NCBI GenBank assembly: GCA_009914755.4
Contig: CP068257.2
Location: 34,624,001 to 34,688,000 of the forward strand
DNA from: the human T2T-CHM13v2.0 reference genome, Homo sapiens
Direction: 5' to 3'
Length of the DNA stretch: 64,000 bases
The notes beneath the pieces were generated by a model, which saw nothing but the letters and a program-made list of their open reading frames with translations, did not search any database and was not told the origin of the DNA. The stretch's first letter is position 1. Each line of letters starts with the position of its first letter. This document shows positions 44,608 to 64,000 of this stretch, one piece after another. The translations under genes were made by a program, and so were the position numbers.

Positions 44608-44915
44608 CTAACACTTCTCTCCTGGGATACCGTTTGGGGTCCTTTTCCCCGGACACTGTTGCACCATCGAGTAGCAGAGAAGGAGATGGGGAGCTGAGCA
44701 GCTCTGTATGTCTCGGCTCAGAGTGACATCAGTCTTACGTCTTTGGGGGCTGGGAAGATGTAGGTGAAAGGATACGAAGGTGCAATTATGGAGGATGAGT
44801 AAGTCTAGAAAAGGCATGTACAACATGAGGACTGTCGTTAATAACACTGCATATGTACTGGGAATTTGCCAAGAGAGTAGATTTTAGGTGCTCTTACCAC
44901 AAAAAAGAAAGGTCA

Positions 44916-45204
<289 letters not shown>

Positions 45205-45237
<33 letters not shown>
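45205..45237. repeat. (CA)n dinucleotide microsatellite, ~16 units, at an Alu tail
   Basis: ACACACAC... run. Confidence 0.95.
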
Positions 45238-45241
<4 letters not shown>

Positions 45242-45242
45242 C

Positions 45243-45556
<314 letters not shown>

Positions 45557-45995
45557 CTAATGTACTAATGTACTACAGCCGATCTTAGCTAGCATGACTA
45601 CCATTCAGCTGTTTGCTGTAGCAATTTGTTACATTCCTAGGAAACCTTAAGCTATGGAAGAAAAAAAAAGTCTCATTCTACAAACAAGACATTTCAGGGG
45701 AGAAGCAGGGGAGAGTGTTAGGGGCTAGAGAGTGTTATTTGAAACACTTTTCCCTCCATAGGAATGAAAGTTTTTGTCATGGCCATCAAGTTTAAACCTT
45801 ACTCAGTAAATCTGTTATATTTACTTGCTCCGCTTCCCACCCACCACCCTCAAAATATGGTGTTGTCTGCCAGCCAGTCCATATGATTGTGTAAGTCCAT
45901 TCCTCACCATGGGCTGCTTGGTTTCTGCGTCTCCTCATTCATATTCTTAAAAGAACATTGAAATGGCTGTTGGTCATCCAGTGGATTTCTGGTGA

Positions 45996-46532
<537 letters not shown>

Positions 46533-46577
46533 TAAACTGCATATTTGTGTAACATCTTTACAATCTTCTTTCCTTAG

Positions 46578-46714
46578 AACGCCTGACAGACAATCTCAGA
46601 GTTGGACAGACATCCATAGTTGCTGCTCAGATGTTTCTTTTTTTCAGAGTTTTGCTGCTAAGAATATCTCCTCAACATTTGACTTCATTGTGGCCAATAA
46701 TGGTCTCTGAATTG
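46578..46714 (+). CDS. DOP1B: Coding exon (137 nt)
   Basis: Acceptor tccttag|AACGCC and donor AATTG|gtgagt. Frame (E)[45 protein letters not shown]. Confidence 0.75.
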
Positions 46715-46958
46715 GTGAGTACAAGTATTGTAAGTTTGAAAGCAAGGTTGGAGCTTTTTAAAATGCTTTTTCAGTAACATAACGTACTATTTCCTATGTA
46801 TCCCATTTTATCTAAATGTTATTTTTAATTAGGTTGGTAGCACATGGTTAGCTCTTGGTTAAACAGAGAATATTTTACTCTATGATCATATTTGATCTCT
46901 CACCCTGTCAGTTATTCCAACTAACTTGTACCATTTGATAATACTTACTAGTTTTTTA

Positions 46959-47215
<257 letters not shown>

Positions 47216-47320
47216 TTCATTCATTCATAAATTAATCGATTTTTAAAAATAAGTAAAAAAAAATATTTGGGTAGATTTAATCTGTCTCAGATAGTAACTT
47301 GAATGCATTTTTTTTTTCAG

Positions 47321-47376
47321 ATTCAGACATTCACACAGCTTGAAGAAGATCTAAAAGATGAAGATGAGTCATTGAG
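47321..47376 (+). CDS. DOP1B: Coding exon (56 nt)
   Basis: Acceptor tttttttcag|ATT and donor ATTGAG|gtaagc. Frame IQTFTQLEEDLKDEDESL. Confidence 0.7.
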
Positions 47377-47609
47377 GTAAGCAGTACAAGATCTGTACAC
47401 AAGAGGAAAAGATAGTCACGATTAAAGCACGTCACTTTAGATATAGAGTTGTCTAATGTTAAATGCTGTTATCTTGAAGTACTTGTGAAAGGACCAGCTA
47501 TTCCAAAAATTTCTTAAAAAGAAAATTCTTCTGAGGGACAGGTCATAGGTGAATGGACTATAACAGATCTGAATGAATTTATAACAAGCGTTTCTTTGCA
47601 AATTTATAG

Positions 47610-47771
47610 AAGCACCAACAAAGTAAACAGAACGAAAGTTTCAGTCCCGGATGCAAATGGACCCTCAGTGGAGGAGATACCCCAGAGTGAACTCATCTTG
47701 TATTTATCAGCTTGCAAATTCTTGGACACAGCGCTTTCTTTTCCACCTGACAAGATGCCATTATTTCAAAT
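47610..47771 (+). CDS. DOP1B: Coding exon (162 nt)
   Basis: Acceptor tttatag|A and donor CAAAT|gtaagt. Frame (R)[53 protein letters not shown]. Confidence 0.75.
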
Positions 47772-47988
47772 GTAAGTCAGATAGGATCGTGTGTCCTTTT
47801 TGAAGTAAGAGATTTTGTTTTTTCCTTTTAAGCACTTTCACTTGTTTTTCATGTACAGTTTATGGGAAACCACCATCTGGGTTTCTAGTGACAGCTAAGC
47901 CAGCTCGGAATACCAAGTTTCAGATTACTTGCAACATCTGTGGCTCTGCAAATTTGGCTCACAGGAGTGTTTATGAATGTGTTTCTAT

Positions 47989-47991
<3 letters not shown>

Positions 47992-48030
<39 letters not shown>
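47992..48030. repeat. (GT)n dinucleotide microsatellite, ~19 units
   Basis: GTGTGTGT... run ~220 bp downstream of exon 47610-47771. Confidence 0.95.
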
Positions 48031-48031
<1 letters not shown>

Positions 48032-48329
48032 TTTTTGCTACTGAATGCTTATAAAACAGGGCTTACCCACTGGTGCTCCTCACTGCCTTTGTGTAGACCT
48101 TTTTGTCTGTGTTTAGTTAGATACAAATGCCTTTATTTGGAGCCTGCCATCTCCGATTCACTTTGCCCCATAGGCTTATGTTTCCTGCCGGCTTAGCACA
48201 GCTGCTCATTTGTTTAATTTCATGACCAGCCCCAGAGGCTATTTCTCTCTCTCCTACCCCCACAAAGAGAGTAATCATATAGAAATGTTTGTGGTTAAAG
48301 AGCGGGTTCTCTTAAATGCACATTGCTAA

Positions 48330-48760
48330 GTGAAAGAAGCCAGTCTGAAAAGGCTACACACTGTATGATTCCAACCATGTGACATTCTGGAAAAGGCAAA
48401 ACCATGGAGACAGTAAAAAGATCAGTGGTCGCCAGGGGTTGGGGAGAGGGAGGCAGGGATGAATGGGTGAAGCACAGAGGATTTTTAGGGCAGTGAAATT
48501 ATTGCATACAGAGCTATAATGGTAGATCCATGTCATTGTCCATTTCTCCAAATCCATACAATGTACACCACCAAGAGTGAACCCTGATGTAAACTCTGGA
48601 CTTGGGAGGATAACAGTGAGTCAGTAGAGGCTCTTCAGTTTTAACAAATGTACCACTCTGGTGCAGGATGTTGATAATACGGCAGGCTTGTATGTGTGTA
48701 GGATGGGATGTACGGGAACTACTTTCTACTCCATTTTGCTGTGAACCTAAAGCTGTTCTG
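48330..48760 (+). mobile_element. Old L1 (L1M-type) 3'-end fragment (sense)
   Basis: AAGCCAGTCTGAAAAGGCTACACACTGTATGATTCCAACCATGTGACATTCTGGAAAAGGCAAAACCATGGAGACAGTAAAAAGATCAGTGGTCGCCAGGGGTTGGGGAGAGGGAGG... matches the L1M 3' terminus. Confidence 0.6.
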
Positions 48761-48796
48761 CAAAAGAAAGTCTTTTAGTTTTTAAAAAGCAGGTTT

Positions 48797-50140
<1,344 letters not shown>

Positions 50141-50149
50141 ATGTGAATG

Positions 50150-50610
50150 TGCATAGCAACATTATTTATAATAGGCAAGAAGTAGAGACAACCCAAATGG
50201 CCATCAGCTGATGAACAGGCAGATCATGTGACATATCCATACAGTGGAATACGGTTCAGCAACAAAAAGAATTGAAGAACTGAGACACGCTGGAATCTGG
50301 ATGAACCGGAAAATATGATGCTAAGTGAAAGCTCGAAACAAGGGAACATATAGTGTATGATTCTGCTTATATGTAATGTCCACGATGAGACAGAGTGTGG
50401 ATTAGTGGGTGCCTAGGTCTCAAGGGTATAGGGGGTTGGGGTGGTGATGGCTGAGCAGGGCAGGATTTCTTTTTGGGGTAATGAAATACTCTAAAATTGA
50501 TTGTGATAATAGACGTGCAACTCTATGAATATAATAAAAGGCATTGAGTTGTCCATATTAAATAGATACAGTATGTGAATTATATCTTAATAAAACTAAT
50601 TTTAACGACG
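50150..50610 (+). mobile_element. Old L1 (L1M-type) 3'-end fragment (sense)
   Basis: ATAGCAACATTATTTATAATAGGCAAGAAGTAGAGACAACCCAAATGGCCATCAGCTGATGAACAGG...TGATGCTAAGTGAAAGCTCGAAACAAGGGAACATATAGTGTATGATTC... ending AATAAAACTAATTTTAAC. Confidence 0.6.
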
Positions 50611-50614
50611 TTGA

Positions 50615-51787
<1,173 letters not shown>

Positions 51788-51874
51788 TTAGGTTTTGCCA
51801 CATGCATGTGCTTCCCAGCCATCTCGAGCCCTCAGTAAAACCATATCATTGTTATGGGTTTGTTTTTTCTGCAG

Positions 51875-52126
51875 GAAATCAGTAGCTCTGATGAGATCAC
51901 CATGAAGAGTGAATTCCCGCTTCTGCGCCAACATTCTGTTTCCAGCATCAGGCAGTTGATGCCATTCTTCATGACTCTAAATGGTGCATTTAAGACCCAG
52001 AGACAGCTGCCTGCTGATAGCCCAGGAACTCCATTCTTGGACTTTCCTGTCACAGATAGCCCAAGGATCTTAAAACAACTGGAAGAATGCATCGAATATG
52101 ATTTTCTGGAACATCCAGAATGTTAA
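51875..52126 (+). CDS. DOP1B: Terminal coding exon ending in a TAA stop
   Basis: Acceptor ttctgcag|GAAATC. Frame [83 protein letters not shown]. Stop at 52124-52126 (matches ORF 51854..52126). Confidence 0.85.
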
Positions 52127-52256
52127 CCATGTGAGAGAGAATATGTTTAATCCATGTATTGGTACTTTACTGAAAACCAGGTTATATTCTAAAGAAGAAA
52201 GAAGGCAGGATAGTGCTTTTGAACAAGCCTATTTCCATTTTGAAAGTAGATTTCAG

Positions 52257-52571
<315 letters not shown>

Positions 52572-52654
52572 TCAGCAACAGGACACACCTCCCTAAATGC
52601 CTTGTAATATATTTGAATCTGATTCTGCATTTCTTCCTCAATTTATGTAATGAA

Positions 52655-52660
52655 AATAAA
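52655..52660 (+). promoter_or_regulatory. Candidate polyadenylation signal AATAAA
   Basis: First canonical AATAAA after the stop codon. ATTAAA alternative near 52800. Confidence 0.4.
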
Positions 52661-52932
52661 ATTAATATATCATCTAACAGTAGCACAAAATTTGTAATAT
52701 GAAGTAAAGTATGAAGATAATGAAGAAGTTGTTTTCTTTGTTGAAGCAGTTATATGGGTCTTTCTCAGTATATTTCTCTTTTCTCTAAAAGTTTAAACTT
52801 ATTAAAAGAATGTTATTTTTAACCTTTCACACAAATGTCCTTTAAAGTGCTTATTTTGGTACTCCATTTTAAAACGAAAATACATTGTTTTCTGAGGACA
52901 ATAATTGCCCCTTACCCATTCAGCAGAGGTAA

Positions 52933-53334
<402 letters not shown>

Positions 53335-53354
53335 TTAAATTTCTGACAGCACGT

Positions 53355-54680
<1,326 letters not shown>

Positions 54681-55095
54681 TAGGGATTTAACAGCACTCA
54701 TATCTTCATGTTCATAAAAAAGTCCTACACGCGTGATGTACGTCTAGATCTTTCCTTTTGTCACAGGATATAGCACGGTAGTTACGGATATAGTCTCCGC
54801 AGTGCCTGGGTTTGACTCAGCTTCCCCACGTACTGTCCTGCGCATATTTTGTGTCTCAGTTTCCTCATCTTTAAGGTAGGAATATCAATGGTAACTACCT
54901 CTTACGGTGGTAGCAACTAACCAGCTCTGCCACTTCTGTGATCTCTAAGCAGTTTTGATCATACACCCAGCAGTAAAAATTAAGTATCTCTCCAGCCCCA
55001 ATATCTATAAGCTGTGTGTTACATTAATTTACTTGGGTTCCAACATGTGTATTTTATAAAACAGAGGATGGGGATTTTAAAAGTATGAGGACTGG

Positions 55096-55710
<615 letters not shown>

Positions 55711-55751
55711 GGTCAAACAAAATTACCAGTTTGTTCTTTTTAGATTTTAGA

Positions 55752-56385
55752 GTTAGAGTCTTGCTGTGTTGCCCGGGCTGGAGTGGACTGGCATGATCAT
55801 AGCTCACTGCAGCCTCGAACTCCTGGGCTCAAAGCAATCCTCCTGCCTCAGCCTCCTGAGTAGCTGGGGCTACGGGTGCACACTACCATGCCCAGCCAAC
55901 TTTTTGATTGTTTGTAGAGGTGGGGTGTATTAGTCCATTTTCACACTGCGATAAAGAACTACCTGAGCATGGGTAATTTATAAAGAAAAGGTTTAATCGA
56001 CTCACAGTTCTCCATGGCTGGGGAAGCCACAGGAAACTTACAATTATGGCAGAAGGCAAAGGGGAAGCAAGGCACATCTTACATGGTGGCAGGAGACAGA
56101 GTGAAGGGGGGAATTGTCACACACTTTAAACCATGAGATCTCATGAGAACTCACCATCATGAGAACAGCATGGGGAAAACCGCCCCCATGATTCAATCAC
56201 CTCCCACCAGCAACACGTGGGGATTACAATTCTATATGAGATTTGGATGGGGACACAGAGCCAACCCATATCACAGGAGTCTCACTATGTTGTCCAGGTC
56301 AGTCTCCTGGGCTCAGGCGATCCTCCTGCCTTGGCATCCCAAATTGCTGAGGTTACAGGTGTGAGCCACCACAGATGGCCTGATA
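55752..56385 (-). mobile_element. AluJ-like antisense Alu split by a MaLR LTR insertion
   Basis: Alu halves at 55752-55925 and 56278-56385 read contiguously once the LTR is removed. Confidence 0.75.
55926..56277 (-). mobile_element. MaLR LTR (THE1/MST-like), antisense, nested inside an Alu
   Basis: GTATTAGTCCATTTTCACACTGCGATAAAGAACTACCTGAGCATGGGTAATTTATAAAGAAAAGGTTTAATCGACTCACAGTTCTCCATGGCTGGGGAAGCC...GATTTGGATGGGGACACAGAGCCAACCCATATCA is the reverse complement of the THE1/MST LTR consensus. Confidence 0.75.
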
Positions 56386-57218
56386 TTTTTTTCTTAGCCC
56401 CCAACAATGAGCTTCTGCACCCTCTTTGGAGACAACTGCTATAACTCAGTTTGTCCCAGAAGTAGGCCATATGTGGCCCTAGGACCAAAGGGTCGCTACA
56501 CCAAGGGCAGGCAGTGTTTTGGAAGGGCTGGTGTTTGCCAAGGGTGGCTGTGGCAAACAATGAGAACAGACTGGGAATTCTCACAGAGCAGAGAGTTGAA
56601 CACACGGATCTTCAGGGAGTGCCGGTGTGGGTGTAGCCCGTGTGTATGTGGGCAAGAAATGAGCCCTACCGCAGCAGCCAGGGTGGTGCTCAGGACTTCA
56701 TGTGCATGATTTTCTTACCACCCCTCAGAAAGTAAGGACCCTTAGCCCATTCTACAAAGCCAGCAGAACTGAGGCTCAGAGAAGCAGGGTGAAGAATCGA
56801 AACCTAGGTCTCTCACCAGCGCTCTATGTTGTCAACCACAGTGCTGAGAAAGTTAAACAGGAACCAGATAGCCGGGGCTGTCTAGTCATGTGCAGAAGAG
56901 ACAGTTTCTGAGACTGCCCCACCCAGTTATGACTTCCTGCTAAACAAGCTCCTGCCAGGGCCACAGCAGAGGAGATGGGAGATCATACACAGAGAGGAGG
57001 TTCCCCACTTACAAGGCGTGATGAAGTGTGTTTTAAAGGAGAGCAAGCCTTACTTTCCAGTATTTGCACACAATGCTCAGTTGAAAATCAGTAGAAGTAG
57101 CTGGAATCATGGAGATCATTGATGAAGACTGTAAAGTTTTGAACAACTGTCTTGGGGAGCAGACAGTCTTCTGTGCTATTTGGTCTTAAATGCTCTGAGG
57201 TAAAAGAATGCAGCTGTC

Positions 57219-57527
<309 letters not shown>

Positions 57528-58447
57528 TTATGTATATTTTACCACAGTGAAAAAATTTAAAAACAAAACACTATGGGCTGAAAGTGGGGGCTGGGGAGAC
57601 AAGTGTGATTGTTCTGCAGCTGGAGAGAGCCGGGGCTCCCCCTTCTCTGATGAGCAAGCACCTGTCCCATCCTCAGAGGTGTTTAGAAGCAGATGAGAGG
57701 TAGCAAATTAAGCAGAAGCTTGCCCTTCAATGTTTTGGCTATAGAAATGGAAGTCACTTGACATTTTACCCTAAACTGATGTTATAATAATGACTTTTAG
57801 GAACAGATGGCCCTTTCTTTCTAGCCTCCTTCCTGGCGGCCACTTATCCATCTCTTCTGCCTCCTCCAACCACTCAGCGTTATCATCTCTTGCATTTCAT
57901 AACATATGCCATTCCATCTGCTTGATATTATTTTATCCTCCTCCTCCACCTGGCAGAGTCCTAGTTAAGTCATTTTTTGGTTTATTTAACAAATATGTGG
58001 GAACCAGGCTGAGTTCTGGTTTTGAGGAGCTTCTTGCTCTCTTTCTGTACTTCCTCAGGTACAGGGAGGGACTCTGCCATAGGGTGGCCCTATGATTAAC
58101 ATAGTTGCCCATTGCTGGCTGAGAGGTAGGAGCTGTTTTATGAAACAAACAGGGTCCATATCTTCGGTTCCTAGCGGTGTCTGGCATATATAGGTGCCCG
58201 GTACGTGACTAAACGAACATGAAGGTTGATGTATCTGCCCAAGGCGGTGCTAGAAGGAAGAGGGGAAGGTACTAAACCAAATGTTTAATCAATTAATTTG
58301 TAGGACTAGACAGGTGGGGGCTCAGAGAACAGTGGGTTTTCTGCCCCAAACTTGGACCTTTCATCATCTTAATAATCATCTCCCCGAGGCAGATGCTATT
58401 TCACTGATCACCCACCTTTTGCTCAGGAGGATGTTCTTCCTGGTATG

Positions 58448-58748
<301 letters not shown>

Positions 58749-58757
58749 CTCTCTCTT

Positions 58758-59360
58758 TTTTTTTTTTTCTTTTGAGACAAGGTCTCACTTTGGCTTTGTT
58801 GCCCAGGCTGAAGTGCAGTGGCGTGATCATGGCCCACTGCAGCCTCGACCTCCCAGGTTCAGCCTCCTGTGTAACTGGGACCACAGGTGTGTGCCACCAT
58901 GCCCAGCTAATGTTTTTTATTTTTATTTTATTTTATTTTATTTTTGAGATGGAGTCTGGCTCTGTTGCCCAGGTTGGAGTGCAGTGGCTCAATCTTGGCT
59001 CACTGCAACCTCTGCCTCCGGGTTCAACAATTCTCCTGCCTCAGCCCCCAGAGTAGCTGGGGTTACAGGCATCCACCACCACAACCAGCTAATTTTTGTA
59101 TTTTTAGTAGAGACAAGATTTCACCATATTGTTCAGGCTGGTCTCAAATTCCTGACCTCAGGTGATCTGCCCACCTCGGCCTCCCAAAGTGCTGGGATTA
59201 CAGGCATGAGCCACTGCACCTGGCCTGTTTTTTATTTTTTGAAGAGACTGGATCTCCCTATGTTGACCAGGCTGGTCTCAAATTCCTGGGCTCAAGCAAA
59301 CCTCCCACCTCAGACTCCTAAAGTGCTGGGATTACAGGTGTGAGCCACCACACCCAGCCC
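58758..59360 (-). mobile_element. Older antisense Alu (halves at 58758-58912 and 59240-59360) split by a younger antisense Alu (58946-59225) and (TTTTA)n
   Basis: Nested Alu-in-Alu. Confidence 0.8.
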
Positions 59361-59660
59361 CCTGACATGCTTTTTACCTCTTCCCTGCTGGTTCCAGGAC
59401 TACCCAGCTTCAGTCCAACCCCCCTAAAGCATCTCTGTGAAGACCACCCATGCTGTCTTCACTAGGCTTGTCCATAATTCTCGCCGGACCCTTTGACAAC
59501 CAAACAGGACTCGGTGCACAGCTGTACTTCTTGCAGCTCTTTGTGTTATATGAATGGTACTGTGTTAACTAAGGACTCAATTGAATAGTGTTCCACGTTT
59601 CTCCTCCTATTATGTTTTGTTTGTTTCCATCTTATCCAAGATAACAATCTAAATTTCATG

Positions 59661-59960
59661 CCCGGATATGGTGGCTCACGCCTGTAATCCCTATACTTTG
59701 GGAGAGATCACTTGAGGTCAGGAGTTCGAGACCAGCCTGGCCTACGTGGTGAAACCCTGTCTCTACAAAAAGTACAAAAATTAGCCAGATGTGGTGGTGT
59801 GTGCCTGTAATCCTAGCTACTTGGGAGGATGAGGCAGGAAAATCGCTTGAACCCAGCGGGGCAGAGGCTGCAATAAGCCTAGGTCACACTACTGCACTCC
59901 AGCCTGGGTGACAAAGCGAGACTCTGTCTCAAAAATAAATAAATAAATAAAATAAATAAA
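59661..59960 (+). mobile_element. Alu SINE (sense)
   Basis: GCCCGGATATGGTGGCTCACGCCTG...(AAAT)n tail. Confidence 0.9.
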
Positions 59961-60342
59961 TTGTGTCAGGAAACAGACAAGTTGTTTAATGTTTTGGGAG
60001 GGGTAGCTCTTGTGGCCAGCTGAAGACGATGATTGGCCTAATAGCAATCGATTTGGTTAATACTATTTGAAATGCTTGTTCCCTGGTGCCATAAAGAAAT
60101 AGCACTTGAACATACATTTAATTTACTCAGCAAGGCCATTTTTACTTCCTGCAGAAAAGGTACACTCGCCAGCAGTTTTGCCATGAGAGTACACCAAACA
60201 AAGGAGACAGGGTCATTTATACTGCTGTGTCCGGTTTCCATTGGCTGGAACGGGACCTCACATTCTGTATTTGTCCCGATTGGCTAACAACTTAGAACTT
60301 TTTAAAAGAGGCAAAAGGTGGAGGAGAACAAAGGAAGGAGGA

Positions 60343-60696
<354 letters not shown>

Positions 60697-60931
60697 CTAA
60701 TGCTTGCTTGGACCAGTATAAGCATGCCAGGGCAAATATTTAGGCTAAATTGTGGGAGCTAAGAACTTAAAGTACATTGATTATCATGGCTAGCAGATAT
60801 TTAAGAATGTTAGCACAGGTCTTTGAATAAATTTTGCTTCTAAGAGAAGTTACTATTTATTCCTAATTAAATGGGGAGGAAAGTCTTTGAAGAGGAACCT
60901 CTACTTTACTTTTTACAATATGTACATATGA

Positions 60932-61240
60932 AGCTAGGCAGGCACCATGACACACCTGTAGTCCCACTTACTCAGGAGGCTGAAACAGGAAGATGATTGA
61001 GACCAGGAGTTTGAGACAAACCTTGGCAACGTAGCAAGACCACATCTGTACAAAAAGTCAGAAAATCAGCTGGGCATGGCTGCACAAACCTATAGTCCCA
61101 GCTACTCAGGAGGCTGAGGCAGAAAGATAACTTGAGCCCAGGAGTTCAAGGCTGAGGTGACTTATGATCGAGCCATTGCACTCTAGCCTGGGCAACAGAG
61201 TAAGACCCTGTCTCAAAAAGAAAAAAAAAAATCTGCATAA
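60932..61240 (+). mobile_element. Old, diverged Alu (sense, AluJ/FAM-like)
   Basis: GCTAGGCAGGCACCATGACACACCTGTAGTCCCACTTACTCAGGAGGCTGAAACAGGAAGAT... Confidence 0.8.
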
Positions 61241-61399
61241 TCAATATCACCAGCAAGGTAAAAGATAAATGGCAAACTGAGAAAAATATTTCAGACTCCT
61301 GTCACAAAGTGCTTATTTCTCCAATACTTGAAGAATGCCTACCAAAAAAAAAAAAAAAAAAAGAAAAGAAAAATGGGCAATGGATATGAGTAGGGAGTT

Positions 61400-62160
61400 T
61401 ACCAAAAAATACAATTGGCCTTTACACATGTAAAATATGCCAAAATTTACAATGTTAGAAAAAAATAAAAATTGTTCTGAGATATTATTCACTGATCATT
61501 TGCAGGTATCAATAAGGGAAAACAGGATACTCCATATATTGCAGGTAGGAATATAAATTGGTTCAACCTCTCTGGAGGAAATTTGGCAATTTCTATCAAA
61601 ATTACAAATGCATGTACCTTTTGACCCAGAAAATCTATTTCCAGGAATTTATCTGATATATGTGCATATGCACAAAATGACTTATGTACAAGTTATTCAT
61701 TAAAGTAGTACTGGCCAGGTGCGGTGGCTCATGCCTGCCTGTAATCCCAACACTTTGGAAGCCCGAGGCAGGTGGATCACCTGAAGTCAGTCAGGAGTTC
61801 AAGACCAGCCTGGCCAACGTGGTGGAACCCCGTATATACCAAAAATACAAAAATTAGCCAGACATGGTGGCATGTCCCTGTAATCCCAGCTATTCAGGAG
61901 GCTGAGGCAGGAGAATCTCTGAACCCGGGGGGTTGGAGGTTGCAGTAAGCTGAGATCGTGCCCCTGTACTCCAACCTGGGCGACAGAGTGAGACCCTGTC
62001 TCAAAATAAATAAATAAATAAAATATAAAGTAGTACTGATAGTAGCATAGGTTTGGAGACAAACTCCGTGTTCTCCAGTAGGAGACTGGCTAAATAAATT
62101 GTGACACATTAATTTAATGGAATATTATGAAGATGCAAAATACTGTGAGGAAGCTCTTTT
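61400..62160 (+). mobile_element. L1 ORF2-3' region fragment (sense) split by the Alu at 61714-62025
   Basis: ...TTTGACCCAGAAAATCTATTTCCAGGAATTTATCTGATATATGTGCATATGCACAAAATGACTTATGTACAAGTTATTCAT... and after the Alu ...TAAATAAATTGTGACACATTAATTTAATGGAATATTATGAAGATGC. Confidence 0.55.
61714..62025 (+). mobile_element. Alu SINE (sense) inserted into the L1 fragment, TSD TAAAGTAGTACTG
   Basis: Flanking direct repeats. Confidence 0.9.
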
Positions 62161-62452
62161 TTTTTTTTTTTTTTTTTTTTCTGAGATGGAGCCTCGCTCT
62201 GGAGACTGGAGAGCAGTGGCGCGATCTTGGCTCACTGCAACCTCTGCCTCCCAGGTTCAAGCAATTCTCCTGCCTCAGCCTCCTGAGTAGCTAGGGTTAT
62301 AGGCATGCACCACCATGCCCGGGTAGTTTTTGTAGTTTTAGTAGAGACGGGGTTTCACCATGTTGGCCAGGCTGGTCTTGAACTCCTGACCTCTGGTGAT
62401 CCACCTGCCTCGGCCTCCCAAAGTGCTGGGATTACAGGTGTGAGCACTGGCC
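62157..62452 (-). mobile_element. Alu SINE (antisense)
   Basis: Poly-T plus antisense Alu. Confidence 0.9.
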
Positions 62453-62564
62453 AGAGGAACTTCTTAATAGCCTTGTCTTTTGGCACCCATGGGGCACAGT
62501 TTGTGCAGTGAATCGGCTGCGTGTGGCCGCAGCCCTTTTTGGCAGGACCATTATTCCTTTCCTT

Positions 62565-63062
<498 letters not shown>

Positions 63063-63338
63063 AGTAGTTTTTATAATTTAAAAAAATCCTTTTATACCAA
63101 CCTCTTATAAGTTTAACCTCTACTTGATTGCCTTCTGCTTCTCTTATATGAGTAAGACTTGGGAATGTAGAATTAACTTCACAGTATGTTACTATTGTGT
63201 AAAAAAAAAGTGGGGAAGTGGGACGGGCAAGAATTTGTATGTATAGGTATGTATTTGCTTAGACATGGATAGACTATTGTCTATTCCTATTGCTGCTGTA
63301 ACAGATTACTGCAAATTTAGTGGTTTAAGACTACAGAA

Positions 63339-63859
<521 letters not shown>

Positions 63860-63881
63860 TCAGCAGTCAAATAATCTTCTG

Positions 63882-64000
63882 TTGGCTCATGCCTATAATC
63901 CCAGCACTTTGGGAGGCCAAGGCAGGCAGATCACCTGAGGTCAGGAGTTTGAGACCAGCCTGGCCAACATGGCGAAACCCCGTTGGTACTAAAAATACAA
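63882..64000 (+). mobile_element. Alu SINE (sense), partial, runs off the window end
   Basis: GTTGGCTCATGCCTATAATCCCAGCACTTTGGGAGGCCAAGG... Confidence 0.85.

Noticed and set aside
56390-57215. Intergenic ORFs (for example 56407..56709, 100 aa) downstream of the pseudogene
   Set aside because: They have no splice signals and no recognisable domain. They lie after the gene end and are most likely chance ORFs.

Overview
This is human (primate) genomic DNA, not a prokaryotic locus. Alu SINEs make up roughly 35-40% of the window (about 85 copies or fragments, many nested or in tandem pairs), alongside several old L1 3'-end fragments, MaLR/THE1-type LTRs and one LTR12 (HERV9)-like solo LTR. The main finding is a candidate antisense cryptic promoter: an LTR12-like solo LTR nested inside an Alu, itself nested inside another Alu, in an intron and on the strand opposite the host gene.

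Plus strand: the 3' part of a Dopey/DOP1-family gene, most likely DOP1B (DOPEY2, chr21q22). The family call rests on motif-level recognition of the C-terminal protein sequence, and the DOP1B call on the neighbouring SRSF9 retrocopy; neither was confirmed by alignment here. I reconstructed 18 coding exons by hand: a 1.63 kb exon at 3638-5267, 16 small exons, and a terminal exon with a TAA stop at 52124-52126. All splice phases are mutually consistent and stitch into about 3.7 kb of open reading frame (about 1,234 codons by my count). This is followed by a ~0.55 kb 3'UTR that contains a sense Alu with a perfect target-site duplication, and an AATAAA at 52655.

Minus strand: about 1.2 kb downstream of the gene lies an intronless, frameshifted, internally deleted processed pseudogene of the SR splicing factor SRSF9, whose 5' end is still CpG-rich.

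Simple repeats include (ATT)n, (GTTAT)n, (CA)n, (GT)n and a ~500 bp compound (GATA)n/(GGTA)n array.

I found no CRISPR arrays, tRNA or rRNA genes, or operon-like systems, and no evidence of a previously undescribed biological system. The other notable signals are a MaLR LTR inserted into an Alu, Alus lying right next to splice sites, and tandem Alu pairs that reuse target-site duplications.
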